DNA of 37,476 nt from an uncultured Lachnospiraceae bacterium. GTDB lineage: Bacteria; Bacillota; Clostridia; Lachnospirales; Lachnospiraceae. Of the stretch, positions 9,544-18,922 are shown one piece after another (the stretch's first letter is position 1; every line of letters starts with the position of its first letter). The stretch covers positions 1 through 37,476 of the forward strand of contig CALYVE010000001.1 of NCBI GenBank assembly GCA_945492935.1, given 5' to 3'. Both the position numbers and the translations under genes were made by a program. The notes beneath the pieces are model-generated. The model saw nothing but the letters and a program-made list of their open reading frames with translations. It had not been told where the DNA came from and ran no database searches.

Positions 9544-11249
9544 GCAGGCAGACAGTAAATTGTAGCGCGAATACGTTTATATCACGTGAAAGCCCGTCAA
9601 CGGACCATTCAAGTGCAGCAAAGCTCATAACAAGCGTAGCCGGAAGTGATGACATAGGGAATAGCTCTTATCAGAACGCTTTATTACAGTTTGCGATTCC
9701 GGATATACTGCTCTATAAAAAGATAACGAAGGTTACGTTGTATTATTACATTGGCAGCGATACGACAGCTGGACTTGGGCTGAGCACAGTGGTGTATTTT
9801 ACGCCGTATATCACAACAAACAGTGCAGGGTCTGTGACGTTTAACAACGTTGCTGCTATGGGAACGCTTGGTGAGCGGAAAATGGCGGATAAGCGCGGAA
9901 GTATAATCGGGAACTGGTTCAATGAGGACGTTACCGACATTTACACGAACAATGTCACGAACGGAGTATTCTCGATATTCATAAGCGCAGGAGCTCCAAC
10001 CAGTAATGAAGCATACCCAAATCTGTATGTGGGAGGAAGAGGCGGAGGATATGCAGCATATCTCGATGTTACATACGAGGACATTGCACAGATTCCGCCG
10101 ACAATAAGCTATCCGGATGGAGTATATGTTCGTGAGGGAGAGAAAGTATTGTTCTCATGGGTGTATAACTCGGCAACCGCGGCAACGCAGGCAGGAGCGA
10201 CGCTTGAGTGGAGAAGTGGGACAGGAACGTGGAATGTGATTACGCTTACACAGGAGGCGCAGAGTTATTTATGCGATGTTATGTTCCAGCAGGGAACTAT
10301 TGAGTGGCGTATCAAGGTGACGAATAACATCGGTGAAACCAGTGATTATGCCTACGCAAAATTTGAGGTGATTGGAAAGCCGGCAATTCCGGTTATCACT
10401 AAAATAGAGAACAAAGCATTGCCTGCGATTGAGTGGAATGCATCGGATCAGTGTGCATATGAGATTACGATATCTTCCGGGGAAGTGGATATTCTGCATG
10501 AAACCGTATATTCAGGAAAAATGCAGTACAAGCCAAATCTATTTTTAGTGAATGGATCATACACCGTCAGGTTACGGACAAAAAACAGCATCGAGCTGTG
10601 GAGTGATGAGACATCAAAAACATTTGCTATCAGCGCTGTGCAGCCTGAACTGCCGGGAATCATATTGCGGCAGGATGGAAGGGATATTCAATTGGATATC
10701 ACTCACGATGGAACGAAGGTAGCTATCATAAGGAATGATAAGGTGATTGCTGTGCTGGATGAGAATGAGTCACATTACACAGATTCCACGGTGGTAAGTG
10801 GAAAGGAATATACCTATAAGGCAAGAGCCTATAAAGAAGGGTATAGCGATTCTGCGACAAAGTCAGGTATGGTAGAATTTGAGGGTTTTGAACTAAGAAC
10901 AGGAACGGAAGTATTGTATTGTGATAAATCGGAAAATCAATTTTTGAGTTATACGGAGGAAAGGTCCACCAATAGAGAGCTGATACAATATGTAGGGCGT
11001 GAATACCCTGTTTTAGAGACAGGTGAATTCAGGAGCCAAAAGATTCACAGAAATGTCTATCTGAGCGTCGAGGATTACGAGACCATGAAAAAGATCAATG
11101 ACGAAGCAGCATGGTATCGGGACGACAAAGGGAACACATTTTTGTGTATCGTTTCAGACCTCTCAATCAAGCGATACATGAACAGAGGTTATATTGCAGA
11201 CATTGAAGTGACACGAATTCATGAAGATGAGGTGATGCTGAATGAATAG
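9540..11249 (+). CDS. Baseplate / distal tail protein with beta-sandwich (FN3-like) domains
   Basis: Follows tape measure; beta-rich; YTDSTVVSGKEYTYKARA and YVGREYPVLETGE segments. Confidence 0.65.
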   Translation: MSRQTVNCSANTFISRESPSTDHSSAAKLITSVAGSDDIGNSSYQNALLQFAIPDILLYKKITKVTLYYYIGSDTTAGLGLSTVVYFTPYITTNSAGSVTFNNVAAMGTLGERKMADKRGSIIGNWFNEDVTDIYTNNVTNGVFSIFISAGAPTSNEAYPNLYVGGRGGGYAAYLDVTYEDIAQIPPTISYPDGVYVREGEKVLFSWVYNSATAATQAGATLEWRSGTGTWNVITLTQEAQSYLCDVMFQQGTIEWRIKVTNNIGETSDYAYAKFEVIGKPAIPVITKIENKALPAIEWNASDQCAYEITISSGEVDILHETVYSGKMQYKPNLFLVNGSYTVRLRTKNSIELWSDETSKTFAISAVQPELPGIILRQDGRDIQLDITHDGTKVAIIRNDKVIAVLDENESHYTDSTVVSGKEYTYKARAYKEGYSDSATKSGMVEFEGFELRTGTEVLYCDKSENQFLSYTEERSTNRELIQYVGREYPVLETGEFRSQKIHRNVYLSVEDYETMKKINDEAAWYRDDKGNTFLCIVSDLSIKRYMNRGYIADIEVTRIHEDEVMLNE

Positions 11250-12330
11250 TCTGGCAGCAGGCGTATACAGCCATGAAGAAATGAAGCGGGTCCTAACCGG
11301 AAACCGAACCATAGGTTTCCGGTATGAAATGCTCGACCGGTACGAACATCCGATGGGATGCGTATCGGCAACAGGTTCAATTGATTTTAATTCATCAACG
11401 GAGATAAAGAGAGTTGCGTCTTTTAAAATCAAAGAGGTATCGGATATTGATTTTCTTAACGACCGTATCAAGCCGTATATGAGAGTGAAGGTGGGAAGAG
11501 GATGGGTGGAATATCCGCTTGGGGTATATCTGATGGATTCACCGGAACGGGCAGGTGGAATCGGAGTAAGCAGAAATATAGATTGTTATGACAAAACGGT
11601 GATTCTGAGGGATGATAAATTTACCGCGAGGCACATAGTACGCGCCGGGGAATATTACACGAATGCTATAAAAAAAGTCATATCATCCGCCGGAATATCA
11701 AATTACAATGTGGAATCCTCTCAGCTGACCTTGCAGACGGATATTGAATTTGAAGTCGGGACAAGCAAGCTGGATGCCGTAAATCGTCTGGTTAAGGCTA
11801 TCAACTACAATGATGTGTATGTTGATGTAAATGGATGTGTCAGGGTGTCAGCATATCAGGCGCCGGAAAGCCGCTGTGTTGAAGAATACTATGTGACGGA
11901 TAAGAGAAGCATTGTATTGCCGAACGCGGAAGAATCATTGGATATCTTCTCGGCACCGAATAAGATTGTAAGATATCTGGAGAACGTTGAGCGCGGAAGG
12001 ATGATATCGGTGGCAATCAATGATGATCCTGCAAGCAAACTATCGACAGTAAGCCGTGGAAGAACAATCGTAGATGCACAGGCAGTAAACGACATAGCAA
12101 ATCAGGACACGTTAGATGCATACGTGCAGCGAATAGCTGCTAAAAAGAAGGTATATCAGCAACTGTATTTTGAAACGGCTCTTATGCCGCATCATGAATA
12201 TATGGACTGTCTTTATATCGAGAATAAAGAGCTCGGGGTATCAGGGAAGTATATTGAAACGGCATGGAATATGAATCTGGAGGTAGGTGGAACCATGAGG
12301 CACACATGCAAAAGGACGGTGAGTATCTGA
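11242..12330 (+). CDS. Baseplate hub / minor tail protein
   Basis: Position; EYPLGVYLM, CYDKTVILRDDK, LSTVSRGRTIV motifs typical of siphovirus hub proteins. Confidence 0.65.
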   Translation: MNSLAAGVYSHEEMKRVLTGNRTIGFRYEMLDRYEHPMGCVSATGSIDFNSSTEIKRVASFKIKEVSDIDFLNDRIKPYMRVKVGRGWVEYPLGVYLMDSPERAGGIGVSRNIDCYDKTVILRDDKFTARHIVRAGEYYTNAIKKVISSAGISNYNVESSQLTLQTDIEFEVGTSKLDAVNRLVKAINYNDVYVDVNGCVRVSAYQAPESRCVEEYYVTDKRSIVLPNAEESLDIFSAPNKIVRYLENVERGRMISVAINDDPASKLSTVSRGRTIVDAQAVNDIANQDTLDAYVQRIAAKKKVYQQLYFETALMPHHEYMDCLYIENKELGVSGKYIETAWNMNLEVGGTMRHTCKRTVSI

Positions 12331-13190
12331 TGGGATTTTATCAGAATGCGGAAGAACAGGTCAGAGAAGCACAACGAACCGCAGACGAGCTGGTAAGGCT
12401 GGCGGAAGTGACTAGCCTGACAACCGATAAACGAGCGAAGGTAACATTCTATGGAGAGACTGCAGAATCAGGAAAAACATACACATACATCGACGGGTAT
12501 GTTCCGAAGGTGGGTGACAAGGTTCTCTTGATTAAACAGGGAAATACATATGTTATCATCGGAGCCGCGGTTGCTACGGCGGTTGCAGTAAAATATGCAG
12601 AGGTTAATCACAATCATGATGGAGTATATGCTGCACAAAGTCACACACACCCAAATTATTCACTAAAACAGCACACGCATAGTGAATATGCATCTTCAGA
12701 CCACAAACACAGCATTTTGAAAAATACTGCAGTAAGTCCAACGTATCAACTTGAGCTTAATAACTCGGGAATACTGATGCCGAATTCGAGTAACATAGCG
12801 CTCGGCAGCAGCGGAATGCAGTTTAAAGAAGTTCGTGCGAAGAATGTCTATATAAACGGAACAGCAGTATCGACATCAGATCGAAGAAAAAAGAAGTCAA
12901 TCAAGAATATTTCAGCAAAGTATATTGAGTTTTTCAAAAGATTACGGCCGGTGACATTCAAGTATAAGGACGGAACAAGCGGAAGGATTCACTCAGGATT
13001 CATAGCGCAGGAAGTGGAGAAAGCACTTTCTGACAGTGATATTAGGGCGGATGAATTTGGCGGTCTTGTGATTCAGGAAAATGGGGAGTATGGATTGCGA
13101 TATGAAGAATTTATAGCGATTCAGACAAAAATCATACAAGAGCTGATTGGGAGAGTTGAGCAGCTGGAAAGGAGCTTTTATGACAAATGA
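12330..13190 (+). CDS. Tail spike/fibre with HxH repeats and C-terminal intramolecular chaperone (peptidase S74)
   Basis: HNH/HTH/HTH/HKH repeats; TSDRRKKKSI..LRPVTFKYK..HSGFIAQEV..LRYEEFI followed by a coiled coil; ATG 12330 overlaps the upstream stop. Confidence 0.85.
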   Translation: MGFYQNAEEQVREAQRTADELVRLAEVTSLTTDKRAKVTFYGETAESGKTYTYIDGYVPKVGDKVLLIKQGNTYVIIGAAVATAVAVKYAEVNHNHDGVYAAQSHTHPNYSLKQHTHSEYASSDHKHSILKNTAVSPTYQLELNNSGILMPNSSNIALGSSGMQFKEVRAKNVYINGTAVSTSDRRKKKSIKNISAKYIEFFKRLRPVTFKYKDGTSGRIHSGFIAQEVEKALSDSDIRADEFGGLVIQENGEYGLRYEEFIAIQTKIIQELIGRVEQLERSFYDK

Positions 13191-14418
13191 ATATAACATT
13201 AGGCTCAATCCGAATCGCGCGAAGGTGATTGATACGGGTATAAAATTTGCCAGGGGAGATAAGGGAAGCACATTCAATCTGTTTATTGAAGAGCTTGACA
13301 CATCGAACACAACAGCAAAGATTGTGTTTAAGAGGAGTAACGGAACGTCTGTGGAAAGCGACATCACAGAAGAAAGTGGTACATACCGGTATCAGCTTCT
13401 TGGTAACGAGCTAGCCATATTAGGAAAAGTCGTGGCAGATATCAAATTTTATGAAGGAGAAAAACGGATATCTACATGTACATTTGTCTTTGAGGTCACA
13501 TCGGATACACTAGAAGGCATTGGAGCAGGGACAGGAGGATATTCAGATCAGCTGGAGCGAATGTCGAATGAGTTCGAAGAGACTCTTGAATATTATGAGA
13601 ATGCGTTTGAGGGAACAGGAGCGTTGATAGCAAGAGGAGTATACAGCGCATCAGAAGAATATGATCCATTGAATATGGTTTTTTACAATGGGTCATCATG
13701 GGTATGTCGAGAGAAATGTACAGGACAGACTCCGGCAAATGGACGGTATTGGCAGCTGCTTATTTCAGGAGGCGGTTCGACGGTAATTGTTGATTCAGAA
13801 TTGTCGCTTGAATCAGAAAATCCTGTGCAAAATAAAGTGATTACCGAGGCTATCAAAAAAAACAGTGATGATTTGGAAAAAATAATTGATGGCACAGTGA
13901 CGGTAAAAAAAGCAGAGGACGCAAACAAATTTGGTGGAAAAGAGCCGGAGTTATATGCAACAAAAAAGGATTTAGAAGGACTGACACCGGGTGGAAGCTC
14001 GCACACTCATGAGAACAAAGAAGTTCTGGACCAGATAACGGCAGAAGATCTGAGAGATTGGGATAGTGCATATTTGGAAAGACATGGTCACGAAAATAAA
14101 GAAGTGATTGACCAAATTACAGAAGAGGATATTGATAAAATCAGAAAATGCATAATCGAAAAACATGGAATCATCTTGAAAACAACGGAATTTGTAGTAG
14201 ACAACACATACGTTGGATATCCATACAAAGCAATTATTCAAATAAAAGGTGTGACAGGAGAATACATCCCTAATGTCATATTTAATGTAAGTGATACAGG
14301 ATTATTTGCGCCGGTATCATTATCGGGAGATGAAACGGTAACGGTATATGCATCAGAAATACCGGATACAGATATCGTTGTGCCAACAGTGTATTGTATC
14401 AAAGGAGTGGTAGCATGA
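13180..14418 (+). CDS. BppU-like upper baseplate / tail fibre protein
   Basis: N-terminal F..GDKGSTFNLFI..FKRSNG pattern; Y...DPLNMVFYNGSSWVC..TP..GRYWQLL module; SENPVQNKVI; HxHENKEVLD repeats. Confidence 0.72.
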   Translation: MTNEYNIRLNPNRAKVIDTGIKFARGDKGSTFNLFIEELDTSNTTAKIVFKRSNGTSVESDITEESGTYRYQLLGNELAILGKVVADIKFYEGEKRISTCTFVFEVTSDTLEGIGAGTGGYSDQLERMSNEFEETLEYYENAFEGTGALIARGVYSASEEYDPLNMVFYNGSSWVCREKCTGQTPANGRYWQLLISGGGSTVIVDSELSLESENPVQNKVITEAIKKNSDDLEKIIDGTVTVKKAEDANKFGGKEPELYATKKDLEGLTPGGSSHTHENKEVLDQITAEDLRDWDSAYLERHGHENKEVIDQITEEDIDKIRKCIIEKHGIILKTTEFVVDNTYVGYPYKAIIQIKGVTGEYIPNVIFNVSDTGLFAPVSLSGDETVTVYASEIPDTDIVVPTVYCIKGVVA

Positions 14419-14597
14419 TCGGAAGGACAAATGCCGGAGCAGCAGGGGCATCATTTGACATAGAAAAGCTGTTAGCGACAGCCGATGAAAGAGGAGTGAT
14501 TACCGTTTTGACAACATTGGTAGATGATAACAAGGAGTATATAGTGACCAGCGACAACGAACAAATCGGAGTAACACTGGAGATGCAGATATTGTGA
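14415..14597 (+). CDS. Small tail-associated protein
   Basis: GGAG RBS, coupled start, MIGRTNAG N-terminus. Confidence 0.55.
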   Translation: MIGRTNAGAAGASFDIEKLLATADERGVITVLTTLVDDNKEYIVTSDNEQIGVTLEMQIL

Positions 14598-14613
14598 CAA
14601 GGAGCGTGATGTA

Positions 14614-15006
14614 ATGAGAGGAATAAGAGATTTACAGGAAGTGAATGAAGCGGCTAACACGGATGACATAATTATTGAAACGGCAGACGGAACAAGAAGA
14701 ATTTCTGCGGAAAACCTGCAGAAAGGAAAAGCGAACAAATCCACATCACACGAAGTAACCATTCCGACCAGTGGTTGGAGCGGTGAAGCTGCTCCGTACA
14801 GCAACACTATTTCGGTTACCGGAGTAACAGCAGACAAAAACGTAGAGCTGGTTCTTCCTGCGGATGTAACAGTGGAACAGATTGAGGGATATCAGACAGC
14901 ACAGATTCTCAATGCTGCGCAGAGCGAAGGCAGCCTCACCCTATACGCCTGGGGCGAGATTCCGTCTGTAGATTTGCAAATGACGGTAATAGTGAGGGGT
15001 GATTGA
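14614..15006 (+). CDS. Tail fibre adaptor-like protein
   Basis: VTIPTSGWSGEAAPYSNTISVTGVT..IPSVDL resembles the C-terminal domain of 13180-14418. Confidence 0.6.
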   Translation: MRGIRDLQEVNEAANTDDIIIETADGTRRISAENLQKGKANKSTSHEVTIPTSGWSGEAAPYSNTISVTGVTADKNVELVLPADVTVEQIEGYQTAQILNAAQSEGSLTLYAWGEIPSVDLQMTVIVRGD

Positions 15007-15007
15007 A

Positions 15008-15706
15008 ATGGCGGTGATAAGTAAATTGCCAAGAGGCGCAACAGAAAAAGAAGAGCCTTCAGTGATGGTAACAATTTACGGTGCTGCTCTTGAGACAATC
15101 ACTTCTGACGGGCATGAGATATGCACTACCGATGCAAACGGGGAAGGTGTAGCAGTGCTGAATATTGGACATTCTTACACGCTGGTCGGAGGAGTGAGCG
15201 GATACGAAAAGACATTAACGATTGCGAGCGATACAGAAAGCATTAAGGTGATGCCGGATGATGCGTTGTATTAGTATGGTTACTTAGAAAACAATATTTC
15301 TATACATCAGTACAATCCAAATACTAATTCCACAACGCAAACATATTCCAAAAATGTTAATTCAATAACTATTAACAGTACAAATCCTACCGGAAACACA
15401 GCGGCAAAATTTACATCGTTGGGAATTTACACCAATGATTCAATAAATTTAAGTGATTATTCCAAAGTATGTTTTGATTATTCACTTGTAGGTTTAAGTA
15501 ATATTATATCATTGAGATTTATGTATGGGATACTTCAGAACGTTCCAAGTGGAAGAGTTATAACAGATTATTTCATTGAACAAGATGGTAATGGTATATT
15601 AGAAGTTTCAGCTTCTAATGGTTATCCTTATATTGGTTTTGATGATGGTGCAAGCACTAAACATACATCAACGTCAGCAACAATCTTAAGAATTTGGCTT
15701 GAATAG
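15008..15706 (+). pseudogene. Putative receptor-binding protein interrupted by one in-frame TAG at 15272-15274
   Basis: ORFs 14999-15274 and 15419-15706 share a frame, which is open after the TAG (DALY*YGYLENN...). Confidence 0.7.
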
Positions 15707-15717
15707 GAGGTGACTAT

Positions 15718-15960
15718 ATGAACAAATCAACAGCACAGGCTATTGCAGATTTAGCAAACAGCACAAACAAATCCATGAAGCGTCTGAGCGAAATGCTCTC
15801 TGTACGCTGCGACAATTCGGACAAGAAAGGTAACGAAAACTCGCAGAGCATCGAGGATAACAATGACGCAATAATGGAGTTGGTCGAGATAGTATCAGAG
15901 AACAGTGATGCGATAATGGAGTTAGTAGAATTAATCAGTGCAGAAAGTGAGGGAATTTAA
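15718..15960 (+). CDS. Small coiled-coil protein with an internal 14-aa duplication
   Basis: AGGAGG RBS; NNDAIMELVEIVSE / NSDAIMELVELISA. Confidence 0.7.
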   Translation: MNKSTAQAIADLANSTNKSMKRLSEMLSVRCDNSDKKGNENSQSIEDNNDAIMELVEIVSENSDAIMELVELISAESEGI

Positions 15961-15961
15961 T

Positions 15962-16186
15962 ATGAATACAAGTGTAAAAATGAGCGCAATCACAAAGAAG
16001 TATGTCGTAGCCATCATGGAGGGCGATGAGAAGTATCAAAACATCAACGATGTTCCGTCCTTGTACAAGGCAAAGGTAAAGAAAGCATTCGATGATATGC
16101 TTGCCGCAGAGGAGATTACTCTGGAAGAGCATGATAAATATCTCGGATTGACCGAGCTTGAAGTAGAAGGGAAAGTAACAGAGTAA
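15962..16186 (+). CDS. Small tail-fibre-associated protein (CD1375/XkdX-like)
   Basis: I..G...INDVPSLYKAKV and EITLEEHDKYLG patterns; position. Confidence 0.55.
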   Translation: MNTSVKMSAITKKYVVAIMEGDEKYQNINDVPSLYKAKVKKAFDDMLAAEEITLEEHDKYLGLTELEVEGKVTE

Positions 16187-16238
16187 TACATATCAATTGG
16201 GCAGAGAAATCTGCCCTGCTTAAAGAAAGGAGGTATCT

Positions 16239-17591
16239 ATGCCGGTGATATCGTGGTTGCCTACAGGAAAAGGCGGAACAAAAGAAGAGTGGATTGATGT
16301 GACCGTGAAAAGTTGTTATCAAGATACAATTTACTGTAGTGACGGAAATGAATACGTTTGCGATACAAATGGATTCGCGATAATTCCATTGAAAGTAGGA
16401 GAAACATATGTATTTACAAGTGAATTAACAAATTCATCTGTTACACAAACAATTAAGAGCGATACTTCAGAAATAACAGTATTTAAGGTGAAGGTTATGA
16501 CTGCAATAATTGACCTTTCCAACAGTAATCCTGCAACATGCGTCACTTATGATGATGATGCTGTTGAAATGACAGCAGGTGATTCTGCTTGGGATGAGTT
16601 CTTTGGTCATTATCCAGTATTGTTCAAAGATGGTGCAGAAGTTGGAAAACTGAATCGTGATAATTTTGCACAGTTTGAAGATGGGAATACTGCTGACATA
16701 ACATCAGGAGATGCTGGTGATGTAATGATTGCATTCCCAAGAAGAGGATTAAGTATCAACACAGTAGGAAACAACTTAACTATTAAAATGACAAACGATC
16801 CAAACAATCCTGATTTTGAATATAATGCGCACACAAGGGGTTCAACAGCGAAAGATGTATTCTATCTTGGTGCATATAAAGGATATGTTGCATCTTCAAA
16901 GTTGCGTTCATTGTCAGGAAAAACACCTACTGCATCACAGACCATTGGAACATTCAGAACACGGGCACAGGCAAACGGAAGTGGATATGAACAGAGTGGA
17001 TTCTATCAGCTTACATTCAGACAGTGCATGTATATTTTGAAATATAAGAACCTGAATTCACAGACAACCGTTGGTTATGGATATGTTCTGTCAAGTCACA
17101 CCGCAGCAATAGCAACTGGTGGAACAGAAACTTGGGGAATGGATTGCGAACTTATCAAAGCAACAAATCCTTCTTACATGACTGACCAAAATCATCATGT
17201 GAAGTGCTTTGGTCTTGAAGATTTTTGGGGAAATATTTGGGAATGGATTGATGGTTGTGTGACCAACAGTACAAGAAACATCCTTACAGGTAATGACAAT
17301 TTCAATGACAGCGGTTCAGGATATACAGACAACGGTCAAGGTGCAACTGCAAATATTGGTAATTACATGAGTAAGCCACAGGGAACAACCAAGACTGGAT
17401 TTTTGGCAAAAGAAGTCAATGGTTCATATTCCACATATTTTTGTGGTTATGCTACTTTGTGTGCTTCTTGTGTCGCTCTATTCGGCGGTCGTTGGCCTGA
17501 TGCTTCTACTGCGGGTGCTTTTACACTTCGTGTGAATGATGCTGCTTCTAATTCTGGTGACCATATCGTTGCCCGCTTGATGTATTTATAA
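16239..17591 (+). CDS. Tail adhesin with C-terminal C-type-lectin/FGE-like fold, DGR target type
   Basis: FYLGAYKG, GLEDFWGNIWEWIDG and terminal FGGxW..AS.AGAF.L.VN.AAS.S...I.ARL motif. Confidence 0.85.
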   Translation: MPVISWLPTGKGGTKEEWIDVTVKSCYQDTIYCSDGNEYVCDTNGFAIIPLKVGETYVFTSELTNSSVTQTIKSDTSEITVFKVKVMTAIIDLSNSNPATCVTYDDDAVEMTAGDSAWDEFFGHYPVLFKDGAEVGKLNRDNFAQFEDGNTADITSGDAGDVMIAFPRRGLSINTVGNNLTIKMTNDPNNPDFEYNAHTRGSTAKDVFYLGAYKGYVASSKLRSLSGKTPTASQTIGTFRTRAQANGSGYEQSGFYQLTFRQCMYILKYKNLNSQTTVGYGYVLSSHTAAIATGGTETWGMDCELIKATNPSYMTDQNHHVKCFGLEDFWGNIWEWIDGCVTNSTRNILTGNDNFNDSGSGYTDNGQGATANIGNYMSKPQGTTKTGFLAKEVNGSYSTYFCGYATLCASCVALFGGRWPDASTAGAFTLRVNDAASNSGDHIVARLMYL

Positions 17592-17628
17592 GATACAGAA
17601 TTAATTTAATCAACAGGAGGATGGAAAG

Positions 17629-18129
17629 ATGAAGAAAGAACAGATTTATTTGGTACAGGGTGCAATATCAGCAATCGCGGCATTTGCGAGTGACAAGCTC
17701 GGAATCTTATTCCCAGTGCTTATGATTTTTTCGGCAATGATGGTGCTGGATTTCGTATCCGGAATGATGGCAAGCGCAAAGGAGGCTATTGAGCATCCGG
17801 ATGATCCGGACAAGGGATGGTCAAGCAAAAAGGGATTGATTGGATTGATGAAGAAATTTTCGTACATAGTAACGGTATGTGTTGCAATACTTGTCGATAT
17901 TCTCTTAATCAATGCCGGTAAATACATTGGAGTGGATGTGCATATGAAAACATTTTTCGGACTGCTGGTGACAGTGTGGTTCATTTTGAACGAGGCTCTT
18001 TCAATATTGGAAAATGCAGGTCGAATCGGTGCTAAGATACCGGCATTTTTATTAAAAGTAATAGCGACGTTGAAGAAAAAGGTGGATAAGACCGGTGGAG
18101 AGAAGGTGGATGAATATGAAAAACAGTGA
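17629..18129 (+). CDS. Holin (phage_holin_4-like)
   Basis: Hydrophobic helices; DFVSGM, WSSKKG..GLMKK, NEALSILENAGRIG..IP motifs. Confidence 0.9.
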   Translation: MKKEQIYLVQGAISAIAAFASDKLGILFPVLMIFSAMMVLDFVSGMMASAKEAIEHPDDPDKGWSSKKGLIGLMKKFSYIVTVCVAILVDILLINAGKYIGVDVHMKTFFGLLVTVWFILNEALSILENAGRIGAKIPAFLLKVIATLKKKVDKTGGEKVDEYEKQ

Positions 18130-18817
18130 GCTTGCAGTGTTCTGTATCAGTAAACTGGGAACTCCGTATATCATGGGAACGAACGGAAAAGAATTCACAC
18201 AGTCAAAGTACAACGACCTGTGCAAGCGGAATCCTGCCGGATGGTTTACGGACAAGCGTAAGAGCGGAATCAAAAAGTGGATTGGCATTCCGACAACCGA
18301 TTGCCACGGGCTTATAGAGTGGTTCGTCAGGACAAGAACCGGCGCATCATACGATACAACAGCAGACGGAGCCTTTACTGCCGCGAAGGTAAAAGGGGAT
18401 ATCAAGACTATTCCGGAGATGCCGGGCGTATGCGTCAGATACAAAGGCCATGTGGGAGTGTACATTGGCGGTGGATATGTTGTGGAAGCTCGTGGATATG
18501 ACTACGGCGTTTGCATCACGAAGCTGGCAGGAAGAGGTTGGACCCACTGGTATCAGCATCCGAAGATTGAATACACGGACAAGACCATTCCGGCGCCGTA
18601 TGGAACGATAACAAAAAGATCATCCAAGACGGATATCATGTGGCTACAGATCAATCTCAACCGGGCAATCATTGAAGGAAAGCTTCAGATTCCTCTGCTG
18701 GTAGTAGACGGCGTGTGGGGAACAAAGACGCTAACTGCTTTGAGGGCATTCAAGAAGCTCGCGGCGGACAAATCGCAGTCCTGCGGAGAGGAAACGCAGA
18801 AGGAATTGACTGCTTAA
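18110..18817 (+). CDS. Endolysin, NlpC/P60-type catalytic domain plus peptidoglycan-binding domain
   Basis: LGTPYIMG, DCHGLI (catalytic Cys), GHVGVYIG; C-terminal IMWLQ..L..LVVDGVWGTKT. Confidence 0.88.
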   Translation: MNMKNSELAVFCISKLGTPYIMGTNGKEFTQSKYNDLCKRNPAGWFTDKRKSGIKKWIGIPTTDCHGLIEWFVRTRTGASYDTTADGAFTAAKVKGDIKTIPEMPGVCVRYKGHVGVYIGGGYVVEARGYDYGVCITKLAGRGWTHWYQHPKIEYTDKTIPAPYGTITKRSSKTDIMWLQINLNRAIIEGKLQIPLLVVDGVWGTKTLTALRAFKKLAADKSQSCGEETQKELTA

Positions 18818-18834
18818 GTTGCACCGGTGCAACT
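18817..18834. repeat. Palindrome copy 2 (AGTTGCACCGGTGCAACT)
   Basis: Exact, extended to 18 bp; intergenic, right after the endolysin stop. Confidence 0.95.
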
Positions 18835-18847
18835 CTTTTGCTATAAT
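18819..18847 (+). promoter_or_regulatory. sigmaA-type promoter aimed at attP and antisense to int
   Basis: TTGCAC (18819-18824), 17 bp, TGcTATAAT (extended -10; TATAAT 18842-18847). Confidence 0.55.
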
Positions 18848-18864
18848 GAAGAAAAGAGGAATAC

Positions 18865-18922
18865 AGCTGATTAGGGGCTACTACAATCCGGAGGTCCAAA
18901 TTGCAGTAGCCCCTAATCAGCT
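18865..18922. other. attP site of the serine integrase
   Basis: 23-bp inverted arms AGCTGATTAGGGGCTACT(A/G)CAAT with one mismatch around the 12-bp spacer CCGGAGGTCCAA, overlapping the integrase stop. Confidence 0.75.

Noticed and set aside
15272-15274. Genome-wide TAG reassignment (alternative genetic code)
   Set aside because: Only one internal TAG was seen, and several genes end in TAG directly before the next gene
15860-15945. 42-bp tandem duplication as a CRISPR-like or TR/VR repeat
   Set aside because: Two in-frame copies with mostly synonymous differences; an ordinary coiled-coil repeat
16199-16216. GGGCAGA-GAAA-TCTGCCC hairpin as the DGR homing hairpin
   Set aside because: It lies upstream of the target gene rather than just downstream of the variable region; more likely an mRNA stability or processing stem
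12330-17591. Invertible tail-fibre cassette (shufflon) driven by the tyrosine recombinase
   Set aside because: All fibre genes are on one strand, no inverted partial cassettes or flanking inverted repeats were seen, and the recombinase is about 13 kb away
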